Shown here: positions 18,422 to 28,151 of the stretch, one piece after another
Numbering within the stretch: the stretch's first letter is position 1
How the letters are laid out: every line of letters begins with the position of its first letter
Source: an uncultured Gemmatimonadaceae bacterium
GTDB lineage: Bacteria; Gemmatimonadota; Gemmatimonadetes; Gemmatimonadales; Gemmatimonadaceae
NCBI GenBank assembly: GCA_963817955.1
Contig: CAWFQK010000002.1
Span: 992,001 to 1,056,000 of the forward strand
DNA length: 64,000 bases
Direction: 5' to 3'
Notes under the pieces: model-generated
The model's input: the letters and a program-made list of their open reading frames with translations, nothing else
Told to the model about the DNA's origin: nothing
Databases searched by the model: none
Translations under genes and position numbers: made by a program

Positions 18422-18720
18422 GCGGGCTCCGAGTAACGCAATCCGGCAGTCGAGTTCGCTTCTCTGTACGTGTGCAGCCACGGGCTTCAAAGAGCGAAGT
18501 AGTGGGCCTGTACGGCGACGCGTTGAAGATCCGCCTGGCCGCGCCACCAGTGGATGGCGCCGCCAACAAAGAGTTGATCGAATTTCTCGCCGACGTCTTT
18601 GCCGTGGGCCGGCGTCAAGTTACCATTGTCGCCGGAGAGAGTTCGCGATCGAAAATCGTCGAGATCGACGGAATCGCCGAACGCTCCGTCCACGACGTCG
18701 CCGCTGGGGTCGTACGATGA
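18418..18720 (+). CDS. yggU: DUF167/YggU family protein
   Basis: [36 protein letters not shown] overlap. Confidence 0.9.
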   Translation: MSGLRVTQSGSRVRFSVRVQPRASKSEVVGLYGDALKIRLAAPPVDGAANKELIEFLADVFAVGRRQVTIVAGESSRSKIVEIDGIAERSVHDVAAGVVR

Positions 18721-19148
18721 TGCAGGAACCGATGACACGCATTCTGTTGATCGGCACCGAGTTGCCGCTGCTCGAAGGCTTGGCGCAAAGCTTCGCCGCA
18801 CTCGGGTTCACGCCAATCACCGCGCAGTCGCTCGTCGAAGGACGGGAGCTCGCGGCGCAAGCGCCACCGCTCATTGCGGTGATCAATCGCGGGTTGGCGG
18901 CGTCGGCCACGGCAGATGCGCTGAGTATTCCTCTCGCACCCGGCGGCGCGCTGGTCCTGTATCGAGGCGCGGGCAGCACGCTCGACGCATTACCGACATC
19001 GCTGCATCGTACGGTGCTGGCCGACCTCACCCTTCCGCTGGAACGGAACCGTCTCATGGCGCTGGTGCACCATGTCGGCGAGCGGGCGGGGGCGACGGGC
19101 CGCGGGCGTCCCGACGACACTCCCGACGAAGTGGTGCCGCCCACCTGA
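18717..19148 (+). CDS. Hypothetical protein, degenerate receiver-like fold
   Basis: ATGA overlap; RILLIG...LLEGLAQSF...LGF alpha/beta pattern; no phospho-Asp evident. Confidence 0.6.
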   Translation: MMQEPMTRILLIGTELPLLEGLAQSFAALGFTPITAQSLVEGRELAAQAPPLIAVINRGLAASATADALSIPLAPGGALVLYRGAGSTLDALPTSLHRTVLADLTLPLERNRLMALVHHVGERAGATGRGRPDDTPDEVVPPT

Positions 19149-19166
19149 CCGGGCGCCCCTCGCACA

Positions 19167-19195
19167 TTGCCTCGTCCTTCGCGGGGTGCTAGACT
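19167..19195 (+). promoter_or_regulatory. Sigma70-type promoter for the metH operon
   Basis: TTGCCT-N17-TAGACT with extended -10 TG, just upstream of the riboswitch. Confidence 0.65.
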
Positions 19196-19210
19196 GTAAT
19201 GACAACTGAC

Positions 19211-19264
19211 ATCGTGGCGATTTTAGGCAAATTGCGGCCACGTAAAACATTCCGCTAAAGCGCC
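19211..19264 (+). promoter_or_regulatory. SAM-II (SAM-alpha)-like riboswitch aptamer
   Basis: P1 CGTGGC/GCCACG, GATTT, TTGC and GCTAAAG hallmark motifs; lies upstream of metH. Confidence 0.85.
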
Positions 19265-19265
19265 C

Positions 19266-19300
19266 GCCCGAGCGCTTGCGTTCGGGCATTTTTCTTTTTT
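19266..19300 (+). terminator. Intrinsic terminator as riboswitch expression platform
   Basis: gcccgagcgc-tt-gcgttcgggc followed by atttttctttttt, 16 nt before the metH ATG. Confidence 0.8.
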
Positions 19301-19316
19301 ACGGATACGGATTGCG

Positions 19317-22300
19317 ATGGCCGATCTGACGTCTTCTTCCCCTTCGTCGTATACGCCGTCCGCCGGGGCAGCATCCGCGCCGGCGACGACAAGCGCGTAT
19401 CTCGCGGCCATTGCCCAGCGGGTTCTCGTCTTCGACGGCGCGATGGGTACGAACCTTCAGCGTCATCACCCGACGCCAGAAGATTTCGGAGGGAAATCGC
19501 TCGAGGGCTGCAACGATCACCTGGTGCTGACGCGCCCCGACATCATTCAGTCAATCCACGAATCGTTCCTTGCCGTGGGATGCGATGTCGTCGAGACCTG
19601 CACGTTCCAGTCGACGCCGCATCGCTTGCGCGAATGGGGAATCGAAGAGAAGACGCATGACGTGAATGTTGCCGCCGCGCGCCTGGCGCGCGCCGCCTGC
19701 GACAAGTTCTCCACGCCGGAGCAGCCGCGCTTCGTCGCCGGCTCGATCGGGCCCACGGGACTGCTGCTGTCGAGCAGCGATCCCGTGCTCTCGAATACGA
19801 CGTTCGCCGAACTGGAGACGAACTATTACACGCAGGCCAAGTATCTCGTGGAAGGCGGGGTGGACGTCCTGCTCATCGAGACGGCGCAGGATATTCTCGA
19901 GATGAAAGCGGCGATCGCCGGTTTCGAGCGGCTGTTCGCCGAGATCGGTCGGCGCGTGGCCATCCAGGCGCAGATCACGCTCGACACGAGCGGCCGCATG
20001 CTACTCGGCACGGACATCGCCAGCGCGATGACGACGCTCGAAGCGCTGCCGATCGACGTCATTGGGCTGAACTGCTCGACTGGCCCCGAGCACATGCGCG
20101 AGCCAATCCGCTTTCTGGCGGAGAATGCGTCGCGCCCCGTGTCGTGCATTCCGAACGCCGGACTTCCACTCAACACCGGGACTGGCGACGCCATCTATCC
20201 GCTGGAGCCCGCGTCGATGGCCCAGATGCTCGGCGAGTTCGTCGAAGAGTTCGGCGTGCGCGTCGTAGGCGGATGCTGCGGCACGACGCCGGAGCATCTG
20301 GAGGCGATCGTACGGCGGGTGTCGCGACCGGCGGCGCACAGAGATCCTTCGGTCGCTACGCTCCCTCAGGACAGCAAAGCCGGCGGCAAGCGCGGCTCCA
20401 GGGTGCCGCGGGCGAGCAGCGCCATGCGCGCCATGGACTTCGACCAGAACCCCAAGCCGTTGCTCATCGGCGAGCGCGTGAACGCCCAGGGCTCACGCAA
20501 AGTGAAGCGGCTGCTGCTCGCTGACGACTACGAGGGCATCTCCGATGTGGCGCGCGAGCAGGTGGAGTCTGGCGCGCACGTGCTCGATGTCTGTGTCGCC
20601 GTGACCGAGCGCGGCGACGAAGTGGAACAGATGGCGAAAGTAGTGAAGCTGCTCTCCATGACGGTGGATACCCCGATCATGGTCGACTCCACGGAGCCGG
20701 CAGTGATCGAGCGCGCGCTGGAAGCGATTCCGGGACGCGCCATCATCAACTCGATCAACATGGAGAACGGACGCGAGCGCATCGATCGCGTCGTGCCGAT
20801 CGCCAAGAAGCATGGCGCCGCCTTGGTCGCCCTGACGATTGATCCGATCGGCATGGCCAAGACACGCGACCGGAAGCTCGAGGTGGCAAAGAAGATTTAC
20901 GATATCGTCGTTGGAGAATATGGTCTGAAGCCCCAGGACCTGATCTACGACGATCTGACGTTCACCCTCGCGACGGGCGACGCCGAGTGGATCGACTCCG
21001 CCGTCGAAACACTCGAAGGCATTCGTCTCATCAAGCGCGAGTTGCCCGGGGTGTTCACGAGCCTCGGCGTATCCAACGTGAGCTTCGGACTCGCGCCGGA
21101 CGCGCGGGCGGTTCTGAATTCAGTATTCCTGCATCACTGTGTCGAAGCCGGGCTCGACATGGCCATCGTGAACCCGGCGCACGTGCAGCCGTACGCCGAG
21201 ATTCCCGGCGAGGAGCGGACGCTGGCGGACGATCTCGTCTTCAATCGCCGACCGGATGCGCTGCAGCGGTTCATCGAGCACTTCGACACAGGGAAGCAGG
21301 ACCGCGGGCCCCAGACGGAGAAGGCAGATCCGACCGCCGACATGACGGCCGAGCAGCGCGTGCACTATATGGTGGTGCACCGGAAGAAGGACGGCATCGA
21401 GGCGGCACTCGACGCCGCCAGCGTACGCGAGCATCCGGTCCGCGTGCTCAACGAAGTGCTGCTGCCGGCCATGAAGGAAGTCGGCGACAAGTTTGGCGCC
21501 GGCGAGCTCATTCTGCCGTTCGTACTCCAGTCGGCAGAGGTGATGAAGAAGGCCGTGAAGCACCTCGAGCAATTCCTCGAACGCGCCGAAGGCTACACCA
21601 AGGGCCGCGTGGTGCTGGCGACGGTGTACGGCGATGTGCATGACATCGGCAAGTCGCTCGTCAACACGATCCTGTCGAACAACGGCTATACGGTCTTCGA
21701 CCTGGGCAAGCAGGTGCCGGTGAACACGATCATCGAGAAGGCGATAGAGGTGAACGCCGATGCGATCGGTCTGTCGGCGCTGCTCGTGTCGACATCGAAG
21801 CAGATGCCGATGTGCGTGCAGGAGCTCGATCGGCGAGGACTGAAGATTCCGGTGCTGATCGGCGGCGCGGCGATCAACCGCCGGTTTGGGCGGCGTGCAT
21901 TGTATGTCGAAGGCGAGCGTCCATACGATTCCGGCGTGTTCTACTGCAAGGACGCGTTCGAGGGACTGGACACGATGGACCGCTTGCAGAACACGGAGGG
22001 CCGCGAGGCCTTCATCACGCACCTCCTCGACGAAGCACGCAACGACAAGTTCCTGCACACCAACGTCGGCAAGGATACGTCGGCGGGGACGGCTGGTGGC
22101 GAGCGCAGCGATGTGAGCGCCGACAACCCGGTACCGGCCGCGCCGTTCTTCGGCACGCGCACGTTGACGGACATTCCGATTAACGAAGTCTTCGATCTCC
22201 TCGACCTCGACGAGCTCTATCGTCTGCAGTGGGGTGGCCGCGGCTCGGGCCCGGAATTCGACAAGATGGTGCGCGACGTCTTCGAGCCGACGCTCGCGCG

Positions 22301-22913
22301 GCTCAAGGAATGGGCACTAAAGGATGGATGGCTCGTTCCGAGCGCAGTCTACGGACTGTTTCCGGTGCAGGCAGACGGAAACAACCTGGTCGTTTACAAT
22401 CCGGAGAAGTACACCGCTGATGGAACGACCACGGAGATCGCCCGCTTTCATTTTCCGCGACAGGAAGGCCGCGAACGACTCTGCCTTGCGGACTATTTCC
22501 GCGCCGTGGGTTCCACCGACGTGGATGTCGCCGGATTGCAGATCGTGACCGTCGGCAATGCGGCGAGCGCGTTGTTCGACCAGTTACAGGCGGCAAACGA
22601 GTTCACCGAAGCATTCTACGTCCACGGGATCTCCGTCGAGATGGCGGAGGCGATGGCGGAATGGATGCACCGGAAGATTCGCCACGACCTCGGCTTGCCG
22701 GCTGGTCAGGGCAAACGGTATTCATGGGGCTACGGCGCGTGTCCCGATCTCGAGGACCACGAGCAGGTGTTCACGCTCCTGCCCGCCGAGCGCGAGCTCG
22801 GCATGCAACTCACCAGCGCATTCCAACTGCTGCCCGAACAGAGCACGGCAGCAATCATCGTCCATCACCCGCAGGCGAAATACTACGCCGTCCGCGGCGA
22901 GGGCAATCGATGA
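19317..22913 (+). CDS. metH: Cobalamin-dependent methionine synthase
   Basis: DGAMGT, GLNCSTGP, GGCCGTTPEH, IGERVNAQGS, B12 motif GDVHDIGK, RYSWGYGACPDL. Confidence 0.97.
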   Translation: MADLTSSSPSSYTPSAGAASAPATTSAYLAAIAQRVLVFDGAMGTNLQRHHPTPEDFGGKSLEGCNDHLVLTRPDIIQSIHESFLAVGCDVVETCTFQSTPHRLREWGIEEKTHDVNVAAARLARAACDKFSTPEQPRFVAGSIGPTGLLLSSSDPVLSNTTFAELETNYYTQAKYLVEGGVDVLLIETAQDILEMKAAIAGFERLFAEIGRRVAIQAQITLDTSGRMLLGTDIASAMTTLEALPIDVIGLNCSTGPEHMREPIRFLAENASRPVSCIPNAGLPLNTGTGDAIYPLEPASMAQMLGEFVEEFGVRVVGGCCGTTPEHLEAIVRRVSRPAAHRDPSVATLPQDSKAGGKRGSRVPRASSAMRAMDFDQNPKPLLIGERVNAQGSRKVKRLLLADDYEGISDVAREQVESGAHVLDVCVAVTERGDEVEQMAKVVKLLSMTVDTPIMVDSTEPAVIERALEAIPGRAIINSINMENGRERIDRVVPIAKKHGAALVALTIDPIGMAKTRDRKLEVAKKIYDIVVGEYGLKPQDLIYDDLTFTLATGDAEWIDSAVETLEGIRLIKRELPGVFTSLGVSNVSFGLAPDARAVLNSVFLHHCVEAGLDMAIVNPAHVQPYAEIPGEERTLADDLVFNRRPDALQRFIEHFDTGKQDRGPQTEKADPTADMTAEQRVHYMVVHRKKDGIEAALDAASVREHPVRVLNEVLLPAMKEVGDKFGAGELILPFVLQSAEVMKKAVKHLEQFLERAEGYTKGRVVLATVYGDVHDIGKSLVNTILSNNGYTVFDLGKQVPVNTIIEKAIEVNADAIGLSALLVSTSKQMPMCVQELDRRGLKIPVLIGGAAINRRFGRRALYVEGERPYDSGVFYCKDAFEGLDTMDRLQNTEGREAFITHLLDEARNDKFLHTNVGKDTSAGTAGGERSDVSADNPVPAAPFFGTRTLTDIPINEVFDLLDLDELYRLQWGGRGSGPEFDKMVRDVFEPTLARLKEWALKDGWLVPSAVYGLFPVQADGNNLVVYNPEKYTADGTTTEIARFHFPRQEGRERLCLADYFRAVGSTDVDVAGLQIVTVGNAASALFDQLQAANEFTEAFYVHGISVEMAEAMAEWMHRKIRHDLGLPAGQGKRYSWGYGACPDLEDHEQVFTLLPAERELGMQLTSAFQLLPEQSTAAIIVHHPQAKYYAVRGEGNR
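20339..20374 (+). repeat. REP-like palindrome variant inside metH, in frame
   Basis: cagagatccttcggtcgctacgctccctcaggacag versus intergenic cagagatccttcgcttcgctcaggatgac; encodes RDPSVATLPQD. Confidence 0.7.
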
Positions 22914-24781
22914 ACCCCAAGCTCGAGCGTCTTCTCGATCCGAACGCCATCGTCGTATTCGACGGTGCGATGGGCACCATGCTGTACAGCAAAGGAGTGT
23001 TCATCAATCAGTGCTACGACGAGCTCAACCTGCGGGCGCCCGATCTCGTACGCGACGTCCACAAGCAGTACGTGGACGCGGGCGCGGAAGTGATCGAGAC
23101 GAACAGCTTCGGCGCGAACCGCGTGAAGCTCACGCAGCATGGCTTGCAGGAGCAGGTCCACGAGTTGAATCGCGCCGCGGCCACGGTGGCGCGCGAAGCG
23201 GCAGGCGATCGCGCGCTCGTTGCCGGCGCGGTGGGCCCGCTCGGCGTGCGGCTCGAGCCGTACGGCCCCACGAGCAAGGATGAAGCGTGCACGATCTTCC
23301 GCGAACAGATCGAAGGTCTGGTCGCAGGCGGCGTGGACCTGTTCATCGTCGAGACCTTCAGCGATCTCGAAGAGATCGAGCAGGCCATTCGTGCCGCACG
23401 CATTGTAGCGCCAGACAAGCCGGTGATCGCGCAGATGACGATCGGAGTGGACGGTCGCACACCGTACGGCGCATCGCCCGAGTACGTGGTTCGCGCGCTC
23501 GAGACGTGGGGCGCCGACGTGATCGGCCTCAACTGCTCGGTTGGTCCGCAGACCATTCTCGACTGCATCGAGAAGATGGTGCCGCAGACACGCAAGAAGC
23601 TCAGCGCCCAGCCAAATGCCGGGATGCCGCGCGACGTCGGCGGCCGCAGCATGTACATGGCCAGTCCCGAGTACATGGGCACCTACGCCCGTCATCTCGT
23701 ACAGGCGGGCGCCAAGATCGTGGGCGGCTGCTGCGGCACGACTCCGGATCACATCCGTGCAATGGTGGAGGGTGTTCGCCCGCTCACGCCGCGCATGGCG
23801 CAGACCCGCGCGGTGAGTGGTGACGGACAAGCGGCGCGCGCCGCGACGTTGGAGACCCCGCACGGAGTGGAATCGGTGCCATTCGCCGAGCGGTCACGCT
23901 TTGCGGCGAAGATGTGTCGCGGCGAGTTCGTGACGTCGGTGGAGATCGTACCGCCACGCGGCGTGGATGCGTCGCGCATGTTGAGCGACACGGCGCGTCT
24001 GAAGACGGCCGGCGTCGACGCCGTGAACGTGCCCGACGGTCCGCGCGCGCAGAGCCGCATGGGCGCGCTGATGACCAGCGTGTTGATCGAGCAGCAGGTG
24101 GGCATGGAAACCGTGACGCACTACGCCTGTCGCGACCGCAACCTGCTCGGCATGCTCAGCGACTTGTTGGGTGCATCGGCCGTTGGCCTTCGCAACCTGC
24201 TCATCATCACCGGCGATCCGCCAAAGATGGGGCCCTACCCCGACGCCACGGCCGTCTTCGACGTTGATTCGATCGGGCTGACGAATCTGGTCAGCCACCT
24301 CAATCGCGGCCTGGATCCTGGCGGAAACGCCATCGGCCAGCCGACGCGCTTTGCCATTGGCGTCGGCGTGAATCCGGTCGCCATCGATCTGGAACACGAG
24401 ATCAAGCGTTTCGACTGGAAGGTAGACGCCGGCGCAGAGTACGCCATCACGCAGCCCGTATTTGACGCGGAGCAACTCGAGCGGTTCTTCCGCCGCATTG
24501 GGACGTCGCACATTCCGGTCCTTGCCGGCATCTGGCCGCTGGTGTCGGTACGCAACGCGGAATTCCTTGCCAACGAGGTACCGGGTGTGTCGGTGCCGGA
24601 CGCAGTGATCGCGCGCATGCGCAGGGCAAATGAGCGTTCGAAGGAGCACGCGGTGGCGGAAGGCATCGCGATCGCGCGTGAGATGCTCGACCGCATCAGG
24701 CCGCTCGTGCAGGGCGTCCAGGTGTCGGCGCCGTTCGGGAAAGTGGAATTGGCACTCCAGGTCTTCGCCGATACATTGTAG
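22910..24781 (+). CDS. yitJ: Bifunctional homocysteine S-methyltransferase / methylenetetrahydrofolate reductase (YitJ-like)
   Basis: ATGA overlap; DGAMGT, GLNCSVGP, GGCCGTTP, then MTHFR motifs HYACRDRN, ITGDPP, AITQPVFD. Confidence 0.92.
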   Translation: MNPKLERLLDPNAIVVFDGAMGTMLYSKGVFINQCYDELNLRAPDLVRDVHKQYVDAGAEVIETNSFGANRVKLTQHGLQEQVHELNRAAATVAREAAGDRALVAGAVGPLGVRLEPYGPTSKDEACTIFREQIEGLVAGGVDLFIVETFSDLEEIEQAIRAARIVAPDKPVIAQMTIGVDGRTPYGASPEYVVRALETWGADVIGLNCSVGPQTILDCIEKMVPQTRKKLSAQPNAGMPRDVGGRSMYMASPEYMGTYARHLVQAGAKIVGGCCGTTPDHIRAMVEGVRPLTPRMAQTRAVSGDGQAARAATLETPHGVESVPFAERSRFAAKMCRGEFVTSVEIVPPRGVDASRMLSDTARLKTAGVDAVNVPDGPRAQSRMGALMTSVLIEQQVGMETVTHYACRDRNLLGMLSDLLGASAVGLRNLLIITGDPPKMGPYPDATAVFDVDSIGLTNLVSHLNRGLDPGGNAIGQPTRFAIGVGVNPVAIDLEHEIKRFDWKVDAGAEYAITQPVFDAEQLERFFRRIGTSHIPVLAGIWPLVSVRNAEFLANEVPGVSVPDAVIARMRRANERSKEHAVAEGIAIAREMLDRIRPLVQGVQVSAPFGKVELALQVFADTL

Positions 24782-24838
24782 GCCCGACCGCATGGCGTCG
24801 GCTCAACAACCGTTCTTCCACGCCTCACGACCCAACCC

Positions 24839-26005
24839 ATGTCAAACGACCTATCGCTCGCCAACCCACCGCTGACCATGCTGTCGGAGGACGAGGAGTT
24901 GTTTCGCGATGCCGTCGCCGGATTCGCCGAAGAAGATGTTCGCCCGCGTGTGCAACAGATGGAGCGTGACGGCAAACTCGATCCTGCCCTGGTGAAGAAG
25001 TTCTTCGAGATGGGATTGATGGGCATCGAAGTCGCCGACGAATACGGCGGCGCTGGCGGCTCGCTCTTCATGGTCGCGCTCGGCGTGGAAGAGATCAGCA
25101 AAGTCGATCCCGCCGCAGCCATCCTGATGGACGTGCAGAATACGCTGGTCAACTATCCAGTCCGCACGTACGGCAGCGACTACATCAAGTCCACGTACCT
25201 CCCGCAGTTGACGGGCGAGAAGGTGGGCGCGTACGCGTTGTCGGAATCGAACTCCGGGTCGGACGCCTTCGCCATGCAGACGCGCGCCGAGCAGCGCGGC
25301 GACCGGTGGATTCTGAACGGCCGGAAGATGTGGATCACGAACGGCGCCGAAGCACAGATCTACGTCGTTTTTGCCAACGCGAATCCGCAAGCCGGGTACA
25401 AGGGAATCACTGCTTTCGTGGTCGAGCGCGGGTTCAAGGGCTTCAGCGTCGGCAAGAAGGAAGACAAGCTTGGCATCAGAGCCTCGAGCACCACGGAGCT
25501 CATTCTCGACGACGTCGAGGTGCCGGCCGAAAACGTGCTCGGTCCTGTCGGCCAGGGATACAAGATCGCGATCGAGACACTGAACGAAGGCCGGATTGGC
25601 ATTGGCGCCCAGATGATCGGCGTCGCGTCCGGCGCGTTGCGCGCCGCGACGGAATACGTGAAGGAGCGTACACAGTTCGGCAAGAAGCTGGGCGATTTTC
25701 AAGGGATTCAATTCCAGCTTGCTCAAGCACGCACCGAGCTGGAGGCCGCACGGCTCATGGTCTACAACGCCGCGCGTCTCAAAGACGCCGGCCGCGATAT
25801 CGCGATGGAAGGCGCAATGGCCAAGCTCTTCTCGTCCCAGGTGGCCGAACGCGTAACCTCCATCTCGCTCGAGCTGTTCGGCGGATATGGCTACACGAAG
25901 GATTATCCCGCCGAGAAGTTCTACCGCGACGCCAAGATCGGCGCGATTTATGAAGGCACGAGCAACATGCAGTTGCAGACGATCGCCAAGGGGATGCTGA
26001 AGTAG
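24839..26005 (+). CDS. Acyl-CoA dehydrogenase (short/branched chain)
   Basis: YALSESNSGSDA, NGRKMWITNG, KLGIRASST, FGGYGY, IYEGTSNMQ. Confidence 0.95.
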   Translation: MSNDLSLANPPLTMLSEDEELFRDAVAGFAEEDVRPRVQQMERDGKLDPALVKKFFEMGLMGIEVADEYGGAGGSLFMVALGVEEISKVDPAAAILMDVQNTLVNYPVRTYGSDYIKSTYLPQLTGEKVGAYALSESNSGSDAFAMQTRAEQRGDRWILNGRKMWITNGAEAQIYVVFANANPQAGYKGITAFVVERGFKGFSVGKKEDKLGIRASSTTELILDDVEVPAENVLGPVGQGYKIAIETLNEGRIGIGAQMIGVASGALRAATEYVKERTQFGKKLGDFQGIQFQLAQARTELEAARLMVYNAARLKDAGRDIAMEGAMAKLFSSQVAERVTSISLELFGGYGYTKDYPAEKFYRDAKIGAIYEGTSNMQLQTIAKGMLK

Positions 26006-26025
26006 GGGACACGGGACACGGGACA
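26006..26025 (+). repeat. GGGACAC heptamer repeat
   Basis: gggacacgggacacgggaca directly after TAG. Confidence 0.85.
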
Positions 26026-26034
26026 ACGGCGCAC

Positions 26035-27003
26035 GTGAAAGCCATTCGGGTACACGAGACGGGCGGGCCGGAGGTGCTGCGGTTCGAGGATATTGCCGAG
26101 CCGCGGCCCGCTGCTGGTGAACTGCTGATCGACGTCGAAGCGATCGGCGTCAACTTCATAGAGATCTATCAGCGCGAAGGCCTCTATCCTGGGGCTCGGC
26201 CATTCACGCTCGGCTCCGAAGCGTGCGGGGTGGTGCGCGAGTGTGGTGCAGGGGTCAGTGGATTCGTCACCGGCGACCGCGTCGTCTCGCAGAGCGTGAA
26301 AGGTGCGTACGCCGAGCGCGCCGTGGTGCCCGCCGAACGAACGGTGCTCGTTCCGGGCGGCGTGTCGTCGAAGTCTGCCGCGGCCGTGTGGTTACAGGGG
26401 CTGACCGCACACTATCTGTCGCATTCCACCGTCCCGCTCAAGAATGGCGATCGCGCGTTGATTCACGCTGCGGCGGGCGGCGTCGGTCTCCTGCTCTGCC
26501 AGATGGCAAAGAAGCGTGGCGCGTTCGTGATCGGCACGGCGTCTACAGAGGAGAAACGGCTGCTCGCGCATCAGGCAGGTGCCGATGAGGTCATCGACTA
26601 TACCTCAAAGGATTTTGCTGCTGAAACCCGCCATATCACGAACAATGCGGGCGTTCACGTGGTATATGATTCGGTGGGCAAGACCACCTTTGACAAGTCG
26701 CTCGATTCGCTTGCGCCGCGCGGCCTGCTCGCGCTGTTCGGCCAATCGAGTGGCCCCGTACCACCATTCGATCCACAGATACTCAATCGCAAGGGCTCGT
26801 TGTTCCTGACACGGCCGACATTGAATCATCATGTGGCAACCCGCGAAGAGTTGCTGTCGCGTGCCAATGCGCTGCTCGGCTGGGTGGTGCGCGGCGAGCT
26901 GTCGGTTCGCATTGGGTGCGAGTTCCCGTTGGCGCATGCTGCGGATGCGCAGCGCGCGTTGGCAGGACGGCAGACCACAGGCAAGGTTCTGCTCGTTCCG
27001 TAA
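26035..27003 (+). CDS. qor: NADPH:quinone oxidoreductase (zeta-crystallin family)
   Basis: IGVNFIE, QGLTAHYL, HAAAGGVG, VYDSVGK, FGQSSG, TTGKVLL. Confidence 0.93.
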   Translation: MKAIRVHETGGPEVLRFEDIAEPRPAAGELLIDVEAIGVNFIEIYQREGLYPGARPFTLGSEACGVVRECGAGVSGFVTGDRVVSQSVKGAYAERAVVPAERTVLVPGGVSSKSAAAVWLQGLTAHYLSHSTVPLKNGDRALIHAAAGGVGLLLCQMAKKRGAFVIGTASTEEKRLLAHQAGADEVIDYTSKDFAAETRHITNNAGVHVVYDSVGKTTFDKSLDSLAPRGLLALFGQSSGPVPPFDPQILNRKGSLFLTRPTLNHHVATREELLSRANALLGWVVRGELSVRIGCEFPLAHAADAQRALAGRQTTGKVLLVP

Positions 27004-27050
27004 TACGGAAAACCCGTCGAGCCGGTGAAGGTCACGCGCCCGCGCAGTGC

Positions 27051-27090
27051 CAGTCGTGTGGCCACCGCCGGAGCTGTAGCCACACGACTG
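27051..27090. terminator. Hairpin between convergent qor and the array-associated gene
   Basis: cagtcgtgtggc ... gccacacgactg 12-bp perfect stem. Confidence 0.55.
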
Positions 27091-27129
27091 CCTCGAGACT
27101 ACGCAACATCAACCTGCTTACGTCACCGC

Positions 27130-27590
27130 TTACGTCACCGCGGGCGCCGTCGCGACCTGCGGCGCCGACCCCCCAGCGGTTGCTGCCACCGGCGGCGCGC
27201 CGGCGCCGCTGACGGCGGCCGGCACCTGCACTGATCCCTTCAGCACGACCCGTCTCGCCACACGCCAGCCGGCGAGGAAAGCCGGATCACCAGCAAATTG
27301 CTTGCTGATGACCGCGTTCAGCATGTTCACCGCCTCCCGCGCCCGGGCCAGCTCCTGCGTCATCGCCTGCGTTGCCCCGGCCCGACGGACCTTGGTGTTG
27401 CCACGCTCGGCGACCACCGCCTCCACCGCGGCGGCAGCGGCACCAAGTTGCTGCAGGGTGTCCGTGGGAAACCCACCCTGCACGAGCGTATCGGCATGCG
27501 GGGAGGCCGCCGTGGCCATCGCGCGTGCCGCGTGCACGAGCTGCTTGGGACGCAGCGACGACACGGGCGTGGTGAGGGCGGACAGAATGT
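27130..27590 (-). pseudogene. 5'-truncated paralog of the 6541-7300 protein
   Basis: SALTTPVSSLRPKQLVHAARAMATAA...GFPTD...RAGAT...LNA...D..FLAGWRVARRV aligns without gaps to SSLTTPRSTVPTERLLAAAAAMGEAA...GLPAD...RSGAT...LNG...D..LQAAWTTAKRV; the N-terminal ~95 aa are missing. Confidence 0.8.
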
Positions 27591-27614
27591 CCGCTCGCCC
27601 ACGCTGACAGCGCG

Positions 27615-27970
27615 CACGGGTCGCCGAAAGGCGCGAGCAGGTCGCTGAATCACGCGAGCAGGTCAGCGAAAACCGCGACCGGGTCGCCGAAACACGTGAC
27701 GGGTCAACGAAACGCGCGAGCGGGTCAACGAAAGGCCCGAGCGGGTCAGTGAATCACGCCGAGGGTCGGCCGTACAGCGCTTGCATTGCGTATTTCAGCG
27801 CTTGCATCGCGTATTTCAGCGCTTGCATCGCGGTATTTCAGAGCTTGTATCGCGTATTTCAGCGCTTCCATCGCGTATTTCAGCGCTTCCATCGCGTATT
27901 TCAGCGCTTCCATCGCGATATTTCAGTGCTTGTATCGCGATTTTCACCGCTTCTATCGCGTCGTACAGCG
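27615..27970. repeat. 21-nt-period tandem array in two blocks (~8 + ~9 units)
   Basis: Block 1 units such as agcaggtcgctgaatcacgcg; block 2 CAGCGCTTSCATCGCGTATTT from ~27775; a few 1-nt indels. Confidence 0.95.
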
Positions 27971-28001
27971 CTGATGGGGCGAAATCACCGATGTGAACAC
28001 G

Positions 28002-28047
28002 AATGCCACGAATGCGTGCGACGGTTGTCGCGCCCATTCGTGGCATT
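28002..28047. other. Long hairpin between the array and the upstream motif
   Basis: aatgccacgaatg-c-gtgcgac ggtt gtcgcgc-c-cattcgtggcatt. Confidence 0.7.
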
Positions 28048-28113
28048 ATTGGCGTTCGCGCTCCGGGTTCAGCGATCGCTCATCGGCGAATCAGAGCTGG
28101 AGTCGCACTGCCC

Positions 28114-28151
28114 CCTACTATCTAGTCTCCGCTGGCGCACGCCAGCGCAAG
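28114..28151 (-). promoter_or_regulatory. Second copy of CTTGCGCTG-N16-ACTA-N5-TAGG
   Basis: Minus strand reads cttgcgctg gcgtgcgccagcggag acta gatag tagg. Confidence 0.55.

Noticed and set aside
27116..27139. 12-bp tandem duplication gcttacgtcacc over the stop codon, considered as a target-site duplication
   Set aside because: The copies are adjacent rather than flanking an element; local slippage is more likely.
27580..27592. GGACA-N3-TGTCC palindrome at the truncation junction, identical to 61870-61882
   Set aside because: A 13-14 nt match can arise by chance in 64 kb, and nothing else links the two sites.
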